DNA of 64,000 nt, from the NCBI GenBank assembly GCA_003344405.1, contig NOWV01000100.1, positions 1 through 64,000 of the forward strand, given 5' to 3'. The notes beneath the pieces are model-generated. The model had not been told where the DNA came from and did no database searches. It was given only the letters and a program-made list of their open reading frames with translations. The position numbers and the translations under genes are program-made. The stretch comes from Trichoplax sp. H2. Taxonomy: Eukaryota. Below are positions 1 through 14,294 of this stretch, piece by piece; the stretch's first letter is position 1; every line of letters starts with the position of its first letter.

Positions 1-1889
1 GTAAGGATAAGTGTTAGGTCAGAAGATGAAAAATAGGTTTTCGATCAATTACCGGGATGTTCAAATAAATGAGTATTTTTTGAATCTACAACGCACTATA
101 TACAACTGATTGTACAGATTATTTTGATCTAATATCGAAATATTTTGACAGTTTTTAGTTACGTCACAAATTCTATAATTGCTTCGTATTCATGAAAGGA
201 TAACAAAGCTTCTATCAACAAATAATTTGTATTTGATCTGTCATGAATAGTTTTAATTAACGGTAGCTTTAAATATTGCCTTAACTTGTCATTCACTTGG
301 CTATCAGTAACAATTATATTCGCTTCGAGGAATCCGGTGTAAATTAATTACGAAAACGTCAATTTTAAATAAGGCTGTTTATGATACCCTACTTTTATTG
401 TTATTTAAGATTACAAAAACTTTCAGAAATCCTGTCCCTTAATGGCGACAGCAAAGACTCACCACCTTCAATATTGCGTATCTGAATAATGCCATAATTA
501 TATTTTGACAGGCCACAATTTCATATTGATTGATGGTTAAACTGTCATGATGTCTGCAAATTTGACTCTTTATGATAAAAATAGAAGCATCTAAAAATAT
601 TTGAAAAAGGGTATCCTTAAAAACTATCGACAATTGTCAATTGGTCTTAAATCAAATTTTTAATTCATATTGTAGGTGTATTATAGTAAAGGTCAAAATG
701 TTTTAAAATTCAGTTTATCATTTACCTGTACAGATGACATTGCCGAAGGACTAGGTGACAATCACTTCGACCGGGACTACTTTAAAGAAATGAAGTACAA
801 CAATAAACAGAATCAATAAAATTGATTATACTCAACTAGACATTGCCGGCAAAAGCGATTCAACTTTTAGTAACACCAATAGTTATCCCACAGATAGGCC
901 GAATATTATGATTCTTTATTTAATGTGATATATGATTAAGGTCGTGACCTGTAAATCTAGTGCCCGTATTAGTGAATGGGCAAAGGCGCGTAGCTGGGTA
1001 CCTTTTAGCTGAATAGCTAGATAACGAACCATAGAAATTTACAACACCGTATCGTTTCGTTATCATCCACACTCAGAAACAACTTTGCTAGAGCAAGTTA
1101 CTATTTACTCAGATTGAGAAGCAACATAAGATTTCAATGGCAGTACGTAATATCATATAATTTGAAATTGTATTTTATTGCTTTTCGTTTCGTAGCAGAT
1201 TATTTAATTAAAGATTTATTTGTGGAAAACTTTATTCGAGGATAATAGAAATAACTATAAGGATATACAAACATAGTAGCTTAAACCTAGGAGTAAAGCT
1301 GTCAAGGATATTGATAACACTTTAAAATCGTCCATAGCGTTTATTTTCTGATGTAGTATATTGTGTAACAAGAGTCTTTAATGGTAAAAATTATTAGTTA
1401 ATACGTTTATTAATATTCCAATAGCCAAAATCTTCATTAAGCAAATAAAATTACAATAGACGGCGCTATGTTTGGAATACGTATACTTTAGTTGAAGTGA
1501 TGGAATGCTTTCTTACGATGTATCAAGACATAAATTTGATATAAGAAATTTTTTTTAGTTTGATTCCGTTTACAAAAATTATCTAAAAATAAAATATTTA
1601 TTAATACTGTACATAGCGATAACGAATAACAGTGAAAATTTAGGATTATAAAGGCCGCTGGTTGCAATTTTATTGCACGTAGGAGGATGATAATAAATTC
1701 ACGAATGAAAAACACACGAAAGATAGATTGTTCGCAGAAGCAACATGAATAAGCTTATGGTGCAAATAAAAACAATTTTATAATTTGTTTTACCATCATA
1801 CAATACGATCTTTCAGGACTGAATAAGATCCAAATAAATTATTTAAGACGTAAGTAATAAAAAAAGACGACGTTTTGTAAAGTAAACAT

Positions 1890-2955
1890 ATGTCAATACT
1901 ACATAGCATGCATTATGATGAACATTGTGTTTATCCTATTTTTAAATTAACAGATTTTCGTTGTGTACTTGTGTCGTGTTTTCATGGAGACATCAAAGAC
2001 GGTATGGCATAGTTTTACCTTAAGTAACAAAGTTGATGCTCGCTTGATCTGTCGTTACATGACAATTTTTATTAATCAGTGTCTCCTAAACATATCAACT
2101 ATTAATCTTTATGATTCTAAAATTACTCCAGCCTAGAGTATTGTAATCGTCGTAGAATGTTACAACATGAATCAAGTACTGACGAACACTTCGAAGTAAT
2201 CATAAATATATTCTCTAATAAAGTACCCGCATCGAAAATAATTGCATCAATTTCATTGATTCTCAGTAGAAAAGATATCGAGGTGAATGATATTCCAGCA
2301 TAGAAATAGTGACGGAATAATTGCTTCTTAAATATTGTGATCTAGACTAACTAGGTTGCTTGGCGCCTTGAACTATTCTATGGATAGATCGGAAGGAAAA
2401 AAAACATAGACTACCTTTCGTACCTTTGAATTTCACAAATGATATGGCAAAAGTAGCAATAAATTAATGCTTTTGACGACCAAGTGTTACAACTAACATA
2501 AACTAGGTTTATAATTATTTACTTCAGGGAATTTTGAAATTTATTATCCAATATGCAATAAATATTTAAATTTAGAATCTGTAGCGTTACTTGCAAATCA
2601 GAAGAGGAAATGAAAATAAGTGCTTACTAGCGAACAAGCAATAAATGCTTTCAATATTACATCAGAAATGATGGTAAATCACATCATGCTAGATAAAAGG
2701 ATTATAAATAAATAACCGGTATCAGTAGATAAAATTAAAATATGGCTATTAAAATATTGTAACTTTCAAGGCTTTTATATACCCACTATTATGATATTTG
2801 TGGTGAATTTGTTGCCCATTCCGCAGATGAAATTTTGCTTAGCTGACTCCTTTATCACCCTTTACGTAGGAAACTATATTTTATGGTACTACGTAGGAGA
2901 AAAAAAATTTAAAGCCAATGTTCTTCGCTTTTTACATTTTATTTTCAGTTATTAA
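1890..2955 (+). pseudogene. Possible highly decayed class A GPCR relic
   Basis: Manual translation across stops and frameshifts gives, in order, TM2-like IFKLTDFRCVLV, TM3-like LICRY...SIVIVVECY, an ECL2-like NNCFL, and an open terminal stretch CNFQGFYIPTIMIFVVNLLP...GNYILWYYVGEKKFKANVLRFL ending in TAA at 2953-2955. The 5' boundary is approximate. Confidence 0.3.
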
Positions 2956-3308
2956 TGTAGTTATAGCAAAAAAAGTTACGGCAAAATAAGAATGTGCATT
3001 TATTTACTGACTGACAGCAACCATGATGGCGTGAATTGATTAAAGTATGCATGTTACTTCTAAAATTGCTCTTTCAAAGGGTCGCAAAAATGCGACCGTT
3101 GACAAGAAAATCTACATATTAGAAAGATCTTGTTTTCTAATTAAAGTAAGGTACGCTTATTAAGAAATATCTGATTTAGGCCTAGTGCCTTGTCTCTGAT
3201 ATTGCGTCCATTATTAGATGAATATTTTGCAAAAAAACTTCTAAGCAAATGTTTTAAAATGTGGAGCTTAAACTATATTTATTATGCTAAAGTGATATCT
3301 AAAAATAA

Positions 3309-3580
3309 TTATCTACTCAGACCTAAGAGTACGACGGAAAGAAGTTTCACTTCTGTCACCTTATTGCTACAGTATCTAAGACGAAATACATCATGCAAAA
3401 ATTTGGTATCTAATATCATTTCGTTGGGTAAACATAGGAATAAAAGCATTATTAAACTAATAAACAATATCGTTATGCTAAAAATGTAGAACGACATCAT
3501 ACTTTAAGTTCTTGTTGTTACTAAAAACTTTAAGCAACATTAGCAACATTATCAACAAAGCCCAAGGAAATGACAATGCC
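3309..3580 (-). pseudogene. Possible decayed GPCR N-terminal fragment (TM1-TM3)
   Basis: The minus strand reads GIVISLGFVDN (TM1 GN-like), then after frameshifts LLKVFSNNKNLK and SMMSFYIFSITI...LFLCLP (TM2-like), then YC...LLSVVLLGLSR* (TM3 end with the Tyr position a stop). Confidence 0.3.
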
Positions 3581-4511
3581 CCTATTTTTGTTATTTGCAG
3601 AAATTTTATAATTAAGTAATCAATATTTTTTTAACCTATTTAGTCGACAACTTACATTTGGATTAGTCTCTAATATGCTTTGTCACTCTTTTCCTGTACG
3701 CTAAAGCTACGCATCTTACGTATTGTAATGTGGATGTAGTGGTACTGCGTCATCAATTAAGTTATTCTTGATTAGTGAAAAATGAATACTTTTAAAAATT
3801 CTAGTTAAAGTCATCTGCTGTATTTGATGTTTAATTTTATTAAACTCATAGCTAATGCTTAGATGGTTAATCAACTGTATACTAAAAGAGAATTATATAA
3901 AATTTCTTAGCATGGTGAATATACGGGCAATATTAGGGACTAGTAAAAGAAAGAAGAGAAGCCTCTTATTTCACTTAGTGTATGGGTTCTTAACCTAATC
4001 AAGCTTACTTTAATAAGATGTACAGTTCTGTGCTACATACTATCACTGTATTACCTAACAGATAATTACTGTAATTTAGTAAATTCATAACATTCTCCCT
4101 TGTTCTTTAATAATTATTTTACGTAAGAAACTTTTCTTTCTTTAAGCATTACCGCTGTCCATTTGCGTAGTAGCGTATAGTAGTACAGTGGTGCATTTTT
4201 AGACGTGCTATTTTCATGCAAGCACGCATTATATGGTTATTATTCAATATGACAACTCATTCCTTCATTTAATAATCATAATCACAAATAGAGAAAATCG
4301 AATACCTGTAACCGATATTTTGCCGGTTTATGTGCAGTAACATCGAGTTACACAGTTCTCGTTGTAATATTTATTTAATAGTAAGTAAAGTAACAAGGAA
4401 TTAGAAACTCAAAATGTAACGAGTAGGTTTCCTACTCGTTGTTAAAATAAGTAATTCTTGATTAGGAAATAAAGAATACTTTTGAATTGTCTAAACAAGT
4501 TCATATACTAT

Positions 4512-4846
4512 TGTCACAAACTCCCGTGTGACAAGATGACGTTGTGATCGAATCTACGATATCGCAATAATTCGTACGCCTTCGATTTCCGTTATACTTT
4601 TAACCTTAGGAACTAAGAATAACTTTTATTAATTTGTCTAATCGTTTAAATAGATTTTATCTACAAGCTTTTACATACCTCTTAGAATACTACTAATCCA
4701 ACTATAGATATAAATGACCTTTAACACATCACAATTTAATCGTACCGTCTACAATCTATATCTGGTTACATAATCTCCTCGGCTTACAATATCATTGTAG
4801 CCGCAAAGCATGTACTATTTTTGTACGGTGAGTTAGCACTGTGACA
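4512..4846. mobile_element. 335-bp TGTCAC...GTGACA element (solo-LTR-like) with 5-bp TSD
   Basis: Starts TGTCACA at 4512 and ends TGTGACA at 4846; ACTAT is duplicated at 4507-4511 and 4847-4851. Confidence 0.85.
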
Positions 4847-5795
4847 ACTATCTTCGATGTTAAATTTCGTTGTGCTTGTAGTAAATAGGCTGCGACGGTA
4901 GAATCTACTGTATGTAAAAGGAGGAATATCTACAATCTACATCTACATTGTGGAGAATATCAGGGACTAGTAAAGAAAGGAGAAAAGTCTCTCTCGGCTG
5001 TCTCTTCCTTTAATTCAGAAATACTTCGAATTCCTTATCCGTTTGCACATTTCTACTCATAAAAGCATACAGTTATGGACTACTAGAAAATTGTTAGCAT
5101 GGTAGTGATTTCAAGTAGTCTATGAACACAGTCATGATAAAATAGTATTGTAGACTTACTATGGCCATATAATGACGCATTATTAGCAAATTCTAAAAAG
5201 ACCATGACATTATACTTTTCTGTATGCTTGTAGTCCCTTACTGTGCTTTTTTAGGGCCTGCTAAACACTATACAATAATGGCGACTCATTTCTTTATTTT
5301 CTATTACTCTAAACAGAGAAAATTAAATAACTGTAATTGTTATGATCTTGTATAGCTATGAGTTTGGAACTAGTAGATGAACCGATTTACAGAAGTATGA
5401 ACATTGGCATCAACTTCTGTTCACAATTGATATTACTAAACGCTCAGTCGTTCTGTTGTATGTAATATTGCATCAATATCTGAGTGAAAACCTAATTACA
5501 TCGTAGAACTAACTATCAATGATAACTGTCAGAGTATACTGTATAAAACGCTATCAGACTTTCATGCCCTAAACACAAAACGTTGCAGTACTCTGCTATT
5601 TCGCCAATTTCATGGGCTGTACCATGGATCATGTGTCTTGGTAACCTAAATTCCTCACTAAGTGTTGCTGAAATAGAAACTACTTCAACACCCAGTAGCT
5701 AAGAGAATGTCAATGCTTATTACTCAAGTATTTTAATATATATGCGGTGTTCTCTTTCTCGCGCAAGTAGACATATCAGATCAGCTAGTGAAACT

Positions 5796-6362
5796 TGTCA
5801 CAAACCAGCTTCGTAACAAAGATAATGTAAAACAAATCTCTAAATTACTATAGTCTCCGGGATTTAGTATCCCTTAACTACCTTACAAGAATTTAGGCAC
5901 CTTTGATTCTACGTTAAACAACTCTAGAACTCTTCTTTTATTTAGCTATCAGCCGGAATTAAATACCTTCGGCAGCAGCTATCATGTATGAGTCATATCA
6001 GTTCTTGAAATTTAGTTCATATTGGATAGCTAAATTAATGAAGATATTATTAATAATCTTAGACTTTTACAGAGCGATTCTAGATAATTAGACTTCAGTA
6101 TGTGTATACAAAGAATTATTTATAGTATCATCTATAACTGAATAGCTTTGGGATATTCATCGCAACCTTTACTAGACATAACGCTATAATCTATCAACAT
6201 TAGTTACCGTAATAGAACTTTTACTACAGTACAGCATAGTTTACTGTAACAAAATAATAACTACTGTATTTCTTACTGTAAGTCATTGTTAGTTATCTCT
6301 CTATATAAATGCTAACCACTAAATTTAGTCATTTACTCTTCATGGTGGTTCATATCGTGACA
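5796..6362 (-). mobile_element. Family-B solo-LTR-like element, 567 bp
   Basis: TGTCAC...GTGACA termini; aligns end to end with 17542-18099; AATAAA on the minus strand near 5940. Flanks AAACT/AAATG are only a partial TSD. Confidence 0.85.
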
Positions 6363-9014
6363 AAATGATAAAAGGTTCAACTGAAAGCAAACTAAGTTGC
6401 TGTATAAAACATTACTAAGCATAAGATAAAGCAAGATATCGCTACAATTTTCTATCCACTTGAAGCGTTTTAAGAAAAAGTTTTTGTTAAGTAGTCCCTG
6501 ATAGCGTAGGAGTCTTGTAAAAGTTTACTTATTTTTCTCTTTATTTTATCGAACAATAGTTAGAAATGGTATAATTCTGGACTAGATTGAGCACATATTC
6601 GCATTTAAATAAAATTGAGCTATTTAGACTGATGATAAAGTGGCAACAAGAAGTTACCTTAAATTATGCAATATATCAAACGTTTCCTGTTTTACAATAT
6701 GAATTCTATCTTTATGGGTAATATTAAAATCTGGTAATAAATAGAGGATTTCTGACCACTTTAAGTTAGGCAAGTCAGTACAGTAATCGAAGTTGTATAA
6801 AATGCATCGAATGAACGGAATAAGATCTAAATCAAAATCTTGCAGTATGCTAAAGCTTTCGGTTAAGGCATAATCTTTTGCTAAATTAATGATATCGTAA
6901 CTTAATGAAAATCTTCTTCTTCAATACAATGATAATTACAGCTGATCTCATTCTAAATTTAATAAAATGGCATTATACGGATAGGCTAACAGAAATAAAT
7001 ATCTTCAGCCATGACATTAATATCTTAATGCCTCGGGTAGTACTAACGCATTTTTTGTCTTACTATATGTCAAGTAGAATTATAAATTGATGTTAAATTA
7101 CATGCTAGCGAAACCTTAAGCGAAATCTTGACAATACTGTTGCAGCATAAGCATAGATAGTTAGAATTGCTTTAATAATTAGCATAACTACTTGCGGTTA
7201 ACATGGTTGTAGAAAAGAAAAAGACCTAGACCATTGCTTGACCTCGCTCATGTATTATCTGTCAGGAAAAACGGAAATCATCTAGGTAAAAATATAGGTC
7301 AAAATTGTCATAAATATACGTATGAAGTGACGATTTTACTTCATCATTTTGAAGTCGTTAGAAGTGAGTTCTCCATAAACGGATGGGATATTAGCAAATA
7401 CCCATAAAAATTTTCATAGCGCTGTAATGATAATAGTATTGCAGATATAATTTTAAAATTCGATAGCACGATGGTAAACCACCTATCTATCTTCGCAACG
7501 CTCTACTTAAGGTTACTATTAATGTATCAGAGGTATAGCTAGGAATAATTATACAATAGTAAATATTGGCCTAGCAAATACCGTCATTGAAGTATGCCAT
7601 GTTAATTTAAGCGTTATTTAGCAACCAGGAAAAAAATTTTTAAGGCAGACTTTGTTATAAGTTCGTGTACAACAATATTTAAACTATGTTTCAATAGTAT
7701 TTACTAATGCATTTCAAACTACTAGTAGTTCAATATATAGATCATGTTACTTATCTAACAATCATTGTTTACAGCCAATATTGATATTAATAAATATAAA
7801 CCTACGAATCAACAGCTGCCTTATCAGCGTTAGCTTGACGAACATAAAATAGAAATGATTGAAGAATGATTGATCATCTAACTAAGCACTACTGCTAAAA
7901 TAACGATAGTCAACAACAAGAAAATTTATCATCGCTTAAATTACATGTTACTTCTATCAAAAGTACCGTACTTAGACTGGTAACTAGCTGATCACTTTAC
8001 TTAAGCTATCATGGATATTAATTAGCGCTATCATTGCAGGCCAGTAAGCTATCCTTTGAATATTTTAGAAAACTTCTATATGGTGATTAAAAAAGTTTGG
8101 ACGTCAACGACTAAGATCAAAAAATTCTAAAAAGTTTAACTTGGAGTTTAAGATATCGTGATAATATGCTGTAGGTATTGTTATTTTTCTTCTTATAAAG
8201 ATCACTTAGTTTCTCCGTCTTTCAAATACCAGGTGTGTAATTAATAATTTGACTTGCTTATTGTTTCATTGAAATACAGCGAATCTTCCGCTTGATTAAT
8301 CATCAATAGCCTGTCACTTAGTATGTCCCCCATATCAACAAGCAAAACATTACTTTAATTTATTAGCCATTAGAATTAATAGAACGTGATTTAGATACCT
8401 TACAAACATCTCTGTACATTACTTATTACGATTGCAGATATTTTGGATCGAACAGTTAATTTATAAATTATTTAATATTTGAAAAATAGTGATTCAAGTT
8501 TTGTCATAAAATGTAAATCCCTACTTTAATTGCCTAGATCATAATTGTTCCAACTTGAGAAACAATCCAATTCTTCTATTTTAATGCTTAATTGATCAAT
8601 TAAGAATGGTAAATAAGAAAAGGTTTTATTTTTTTTATCGATAAAAAATAAGATTGCAAAACAATAATATAGTATATTATACATAGCGATTAAACTGAAA
8701 GGCACATATGTTCGTATATGCGACTGGTTATATTTCACTGACGATCAAATTTATATAGGAATAAATGTTCGGTGATTAAATGTTTTTAGAGGTCTGTAAT
8801 TCAAAACGATGAAGTTAATATAATATCCTAGTATTACTATTAATTTTCAATTTTAAGAAATTATTGTGATAATTCAGTATTGTCAGCTGCATAGCGCTCG
8901 CTATCACTTTACTTATTCCATGTGAAAGCCTGGTAACTCCAGTTTGGTATTGTAACACCTCTAAATATTGGACTTGGATTTTTTAAATTCAAGCAAAGGC
9001 ATCCATTACTCAAT

Positions 9015-10163
9015 ATGGCAATAACAAACCATACCAATAATTCTACAGAATCTACTTCAATTTCCATGTTCAATGTAGCCTTTATCTTTTTAATCTTGGT
9101 TATTAGTATTCTGGGAATTATCTTCAATCTTTTGCTCATTCACATTACCAGGCTAAGGGAAGAACTGAAAAATACAACTTATGGTACTGCTACTAATTTA
9201 TTAATATCAAATGTTATCTTATCTACTGTAACTGGCTCATGTGCCCTTATTAGCGTTATTCAACATCGGTGGATTGTGTCAGAATGGATTTGCAAGCTCT
9301 TAACTTATTCGCTAGGTGTTTGGATCGCTACAATATCGATTACTTATAGCCTCATCAGCATGAACAGCTGTTTAGTAACGATTTTTAAGCAGCCTTTTTA
9401 TCCTGGAATCCACAGAAAAACCGTTCTGATTAACATAATCTTATTAATATGGTTGACTAGTTTAAGTCTTAATATTCCACTCATGTACTACTCTGGAACT
9501 ACTAGCAAACTAAACTTTGTTTGCAATATTCGTTATCATTACAGTAGCCCGTATTATTTCACATTTGTAATGGCGCTAGTTTATCTGATTCCTGTATTAA
9601 CTAACTGTTTGATGTATCTACGAATTATTATTTATATCGCTAAAAATGGTGTTCAAAATAATAATGAAATTCATCAGCAATCCTGTCATCCTTATTCACA
9701 CCCACTTAGCAGTAGCCATTCAAATAATACAAGTAGTATTGGCGATCGTAACAAATATCGCCTAGACCGTTATACCTTGCTACAAAAGGATATGCTAAGT
9801 ACTACTACAATTAAAGCTTTTGGTTACTCCGCTGCAATGTTCTTTTTAGCAATATCACCAATATTTACCGTAATGCTAACACTTTCCTTTAAGGCATCGT
9901 CACATTTTAGTTTGTCCAATTTACATCTTTCAACCATATCGCTTATATTCTACTTATTATGTTTAACGTCTGTTATTACCCAGCCAGTATTTATAGTCGC
10001 TTATGATAGAGTTACGGCAGAATTAGTTCGAAAAGAAATACACTATTTTATAACACGTAAGCGTTCTATTGATACTCCAATACATGTAGAAGGGGCAACA
10101 AGTATAAATAGTCATACCAATTCAAGATCGTTCCATAATACTAACGTAGGATATAGATCGTAG
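9015..10163 (+). CDS. Single-exon class A (rhodopsin-like) GPCR, 382 aa, atypical motifs
   Basis: Seven hydrophobic segments, N-terminal N-x-S/T sites, TM1 GIIFN, ECL1 W and TM3 Cys (WIVSEWICK), TM4 W, ECL2 Cys, TM5 YLIP...Y. Confidence 0.9.
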   Translation: MAITNHTNNSTESTSISMFNVAFIFLILVISILGIIFNLLLIHITRLREELKNTTYGTATNLLISNVILSTVTGSCALISVIQHRWIVSEWICKLLTYSLGVWIATISITYSLISMNSCLVTIFKQPFYPGIHRKTVLINIILLIWLTSLSLNIPLMYYSGTTSKLNFVCNIRYHYSSPYYFTFVMALVYLIPVLTNCLMYLRIIIYIAKNGVQNNNEIHQQSCHPYSHPLSSSHSNNTSSIGDRNKYRLDRYTLLQKDMLSTTTIKAFGYSAAMFFLAISPIFTVMLTLSFKASSHFSLSNLHLSTISLIFYLLCLTSVITQPVFIVAYDRVTAELVRKEIHYFITRKRSIDTPIHVEGATSINSHTNSRSFHNTNVGYRS

Positions 10164-12071
10164 CCCGTCTAATATGACTAATTCATTTCAAATGATTCTA
10201 GTTAAAAATTACCTCATTTTTAATTAGAAATAGTAAACCTTATTTCGGCGACTATGCATAACGACTTAGATACACGTAATGATCGTTGCTTATTTATATG
10301 AACACATCAAAAGTAGTTAAATTACTTTGGGCTGTAAACACGACTATTTGAACCAACGCAACTGTTGTATTCTGTATAGTAACTACAATCTCAATTATAA
10401 GGTTCTCATTTAAAATTACTAATGATGTACAAAAGATAAATAAAAAACATATTAATGATTAAACATTACGTTTTCTAATGGAACTAGAACATCCTCCGCA
10501 CTAACAACATAAATATACTTGTATTTGTTATTGCTAGCACCTTAATGTTGATAATAATAGCACTACAACCTATTCAATAATGCAATATCATTACAATACT
10601 ATACATACGCAGAGCTTTATTAACCTAGTTAAGCTCGCAAGTCCCAAGCCCTACCCAACTCAGATCTGCATATGTTAAATACATACTTTATATACGGTAC
10701 GCTTAAACAGATATGAATCTGTATGAATATTATAGTAACATGATTTTTAGCATTAGTAAAAGGGAGATAGACTATTGGATGCGAGGTAATTTGAGTACAA
10801 GTATTTTTATATCATCGAAGATATTTTGCATAATTCTCGATGTGATCTTTACTAAGACTAGTTTTAGGTTTATTGATACCTTGCGTTGTTAGAACTTACG
10901 TAAATTAAAACTGTCGAAACTTTTAGAAAGCTTTATTTTAAACTATAGTAGTGTAAAGTATCATAATCGGTCTTCCTGACTGTTACTAGCAGAATGATAA
11001 GTACCTATAATTTACTAGCTACTCCTTATAAGTTAGTATGCTTATTGGAAGTAACCTATAGAAGATCAGAGAGCACTGTACAGTTCTTTTATATAATGAC
11101 TATCAGCTAAAATCGCGACTAGTTCTAGTTTAAAGCTATCTGTAGATGACTAGAAATAGTAATGCACACCATGATTATAACGAAATTAAATATAGATTGG
11201 TTCATCATATTCACTAGCATTTAAATAGAAGAACGACTTGCAGCAGCCTTAGATAAGAGACAAATATCAGAGAAAATAAATTGTCAGCTGCAGCATTTCA
11301 TAGGATTAACTGGATTTCAAATGATTAAAGAACCTGTCCCAAACTAAAAGTGATTATTATTAATTTGTGACTAATTAATTCATTGACTAGCATACAGCAA
11401 GAACAATAACATAATACCTTCTAAAACCCAAATAAGCTCAATAATCGTAATGCATGTTGAGACTAGGAAATTCTAGAATTACTTCGATTAATGTATTGTA
11501 TTTCATACTTATCAATACATATGATAAATTAATGTTACATCATATAGAAGTCCGTAATAGCTTAATATATGATTATTTATCAATCCAGCTTTTCATCGAA
11601 GCCGGTTGATGTTAACCATGTTACTTGAAGAAATGAGCAACTAGCACTTTTAGAAAACTGTAAAAATTTGTAGAAAATGTGTGACCGTACCTTCCCGTCA
11701 CTATTGTCGTACTGCATCTAACTATAGGTGTATTTTATTAAATAACCTTAATAGCAATATCGCTGTAAGCACCTATTTGTATTTAAATTACAATATGATT
11801 ATTCACGGAATCAAGCAAGTCAATATATGGATATAGGTTATCGGTAATTATTTTCGATCAGTACCTTGCTATAAGCAGATTTCAATAATGAGAGGGATAA
11901 CTACGCGATTAATTCAGATATGATCAGTATAGAAATGAAACATAATTAATCCTACCAATTAGTATTATTTTATTCCTCAAAATTATCAAAGCTTAACGAT
12001 ATGTTCACCATATAAGAGCACGGTGTATTAGTACTGAACCCTAGCAGTTGCAAGTTTAAGAATGCTATTAA

Positions 12072-13086
12072 TTAGAATGAATTTTGACGAACCAATGTCG
12101 TCCGTGATCTGAACGAGCGCTGATAATTGCTTCTAAAATAATTACGGCGACAAGAATATTCAGCTTCTACACTATAACGTTTATTATTATCGGAAGAAAT
12201 ATTTAAGATTGGGTTACTTATGCTAACAAATATGCATAGTGGTAGAGATAAAAAAGGCAATCAGAAATAGTATGCAATTGTCTTCACTTAGCTCACCAAT
12301 TATTTTAAGATTAGTCGCAGATAAATGGATAGCTATATAAAATAGATGAGAGAATATCTTGAATATGCTAGTAATAATTATCAGCACTTTAACAATGTCA
12401 TGAGTACGCTACCTGATTGATCAAATTCTGCTACTATTATCTCATGGACTTATATAGTTAGTGAATTGCTTAAATAATCGGCTATAATTTGCTATTATAA
12501 TAATTTAAGGTATTACACAAGTTAAAAATGCCTTTGAAGCAAAATAAGCAATCGCTAGATATCCATAGCCATCATTAAATACAATATCGCAATATCTAGA
12601 GACTTTTGGACGATACTTAATAAGGTATTCCATAGGAAATGCAAAGATGGCGCTTAATAGCCATATCAATTTTCGATATTTAATCATTCTACGGGACTCT
12701 TGATTTTTGATCTACTTTTGTAACTATTACCACTTTCTAACGATAATGAATAGCTACGGTTAAAGTAAAGGCAGAAACATTATATATGATATACAGGGAA
12801 TAAAATATCATTCTGCAAAATATATGGCTGGTATGAAAGTTAGAATACATAATTAGATACGGCCTAAGAGATAGAAAAAGTTGGATGCTACTTAAGCAAT
12901 CACAAGCTGAGACACTAGCAATTAGTAAATATGTTGGATCTTTCAAATACTTGACTTTACTTATAAAAAGAAATAAAAGAGAATTGACTGTAACTCCAAC
13001 TAAACCTCTTGGCATACAAATTCACGATACAGCTGCAGCCCCAGAATCTGTAAGTCACTACTCCTACTAGGACCAGTGTTATTCAT
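12072..13086 (-). pseudogene. Frameshifted GPCR pseudogene, paralog of 20354/26944
   Basis: Fragments GLVGVTVNSLL...LKDPTYLLIASVSACDCLSSIQL...YNVSAFTLTVAIHYR*, LIWLLS...YCDI and SISNPIL lie in different frames with stops. Probable original ATG at 13084-13086. Confidence 0.85.
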
Positions 13087-13941
13087 ATTGATAAGAATGT
13101 CAATGATAAGACTAAACCTTCATCACTCTTTTTATACGTTTAAAGAGATACTAACGATAAATATAATTTTCTTCTCGTCTAAACAAGGCCCATATTTCTC
13201 TCTTGTAGCAAGAAAAATGATTTTCCGCAACTTTAATACGACTTGAGAACGCGGATGATAAATATATTTGGCAGCAAATTAGGTAAAAGCTCAATCAAAT
13301 CCATCAATGTGATCATTTAGGAACAATATTTGATATGACTTGAAAAAATTTAAACCATTGCAAAGTAAGTGATGATACTGTGACAAACTCTATGTACTCA
13401 ATCCGGAATTTTATTATATCAATACCCCAAACTACGGATAAATATAAGATTAATAACTAGCAAAGATATCTTACCCAACAGGATATACACTCATTTATTG
13501 AGTATCGAAGATGAAGCATTAATTAGGACGATTGAGCAGATATCATCAATATTATAATGTAGCAAAGCTTTTAGATAGCTTTATCAGACTACAACCTAAA
13601 ACAATTATTATTATACTGTCCCTAAATGCTAGTGTCACTAGGATATGTATACTTCATTAAATTTCAAAGTTGGCATACGTAGCATTTGTAATCTGCTAAA
13701 TGTTTTTTTTTAAACTATCTTTCTATTGTCTTATATGATAAGTTAAAACACTATTACTAGCTAACTAATTAAGCGAATACGCCTCATATACCGATAGTCT
13801 AGCGTGGATTCTATCAAAATCATAGTATGTGTATATGCTGCATCGATTGCTTTTGTCCGAATACTATTACATGTACGAATCGATCCTACTTAGTTACATT
13901 TGGAAATTTAAAAATTGGTTCACAAACAATAAACGTTTGAT

Positions 13942-14294
13942 TGTGATGGAGGGTTCGATATCTCAGAGGATTGAGATTTAGTCGCCATTTACAATTATTA
14001 CAACAAAGGGTTTATAAAAGTTATGCTTTATTGTAGGTTGGTAATGTGAAGTATAATGAGGTAGTTACGGTAGATCAGCGTGCAAGCTGTCGTGAGTAAC
14101 GAGTAGAAGTATTAGACTGTGAGAGACTAACTAGAAGACTAACTGAGAGGCTAATGAACTCTGAGGTAGAAATCGCCGGTATTTATAGTTTTTAAAGATA
14201 GAGCACATGCAGAGAATAGGATTGTGGAATTAGATACAACATATATCATAACAGGTTACAAAATAGCAGATGATTGTAGAAAACAGCGAGTACC
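13942..14294 (-). mobile_element. Possible LTR 3' part running into an assembly gap
   Basis: Begins TGTGAT on + (so ends ...ATCACA on minus, like family A). The minus strand has TATAAAT near 14180-14186 upstream of AATAAA near 14027-14032. The other end and any TSD are not visible. Confidence 0.4.
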
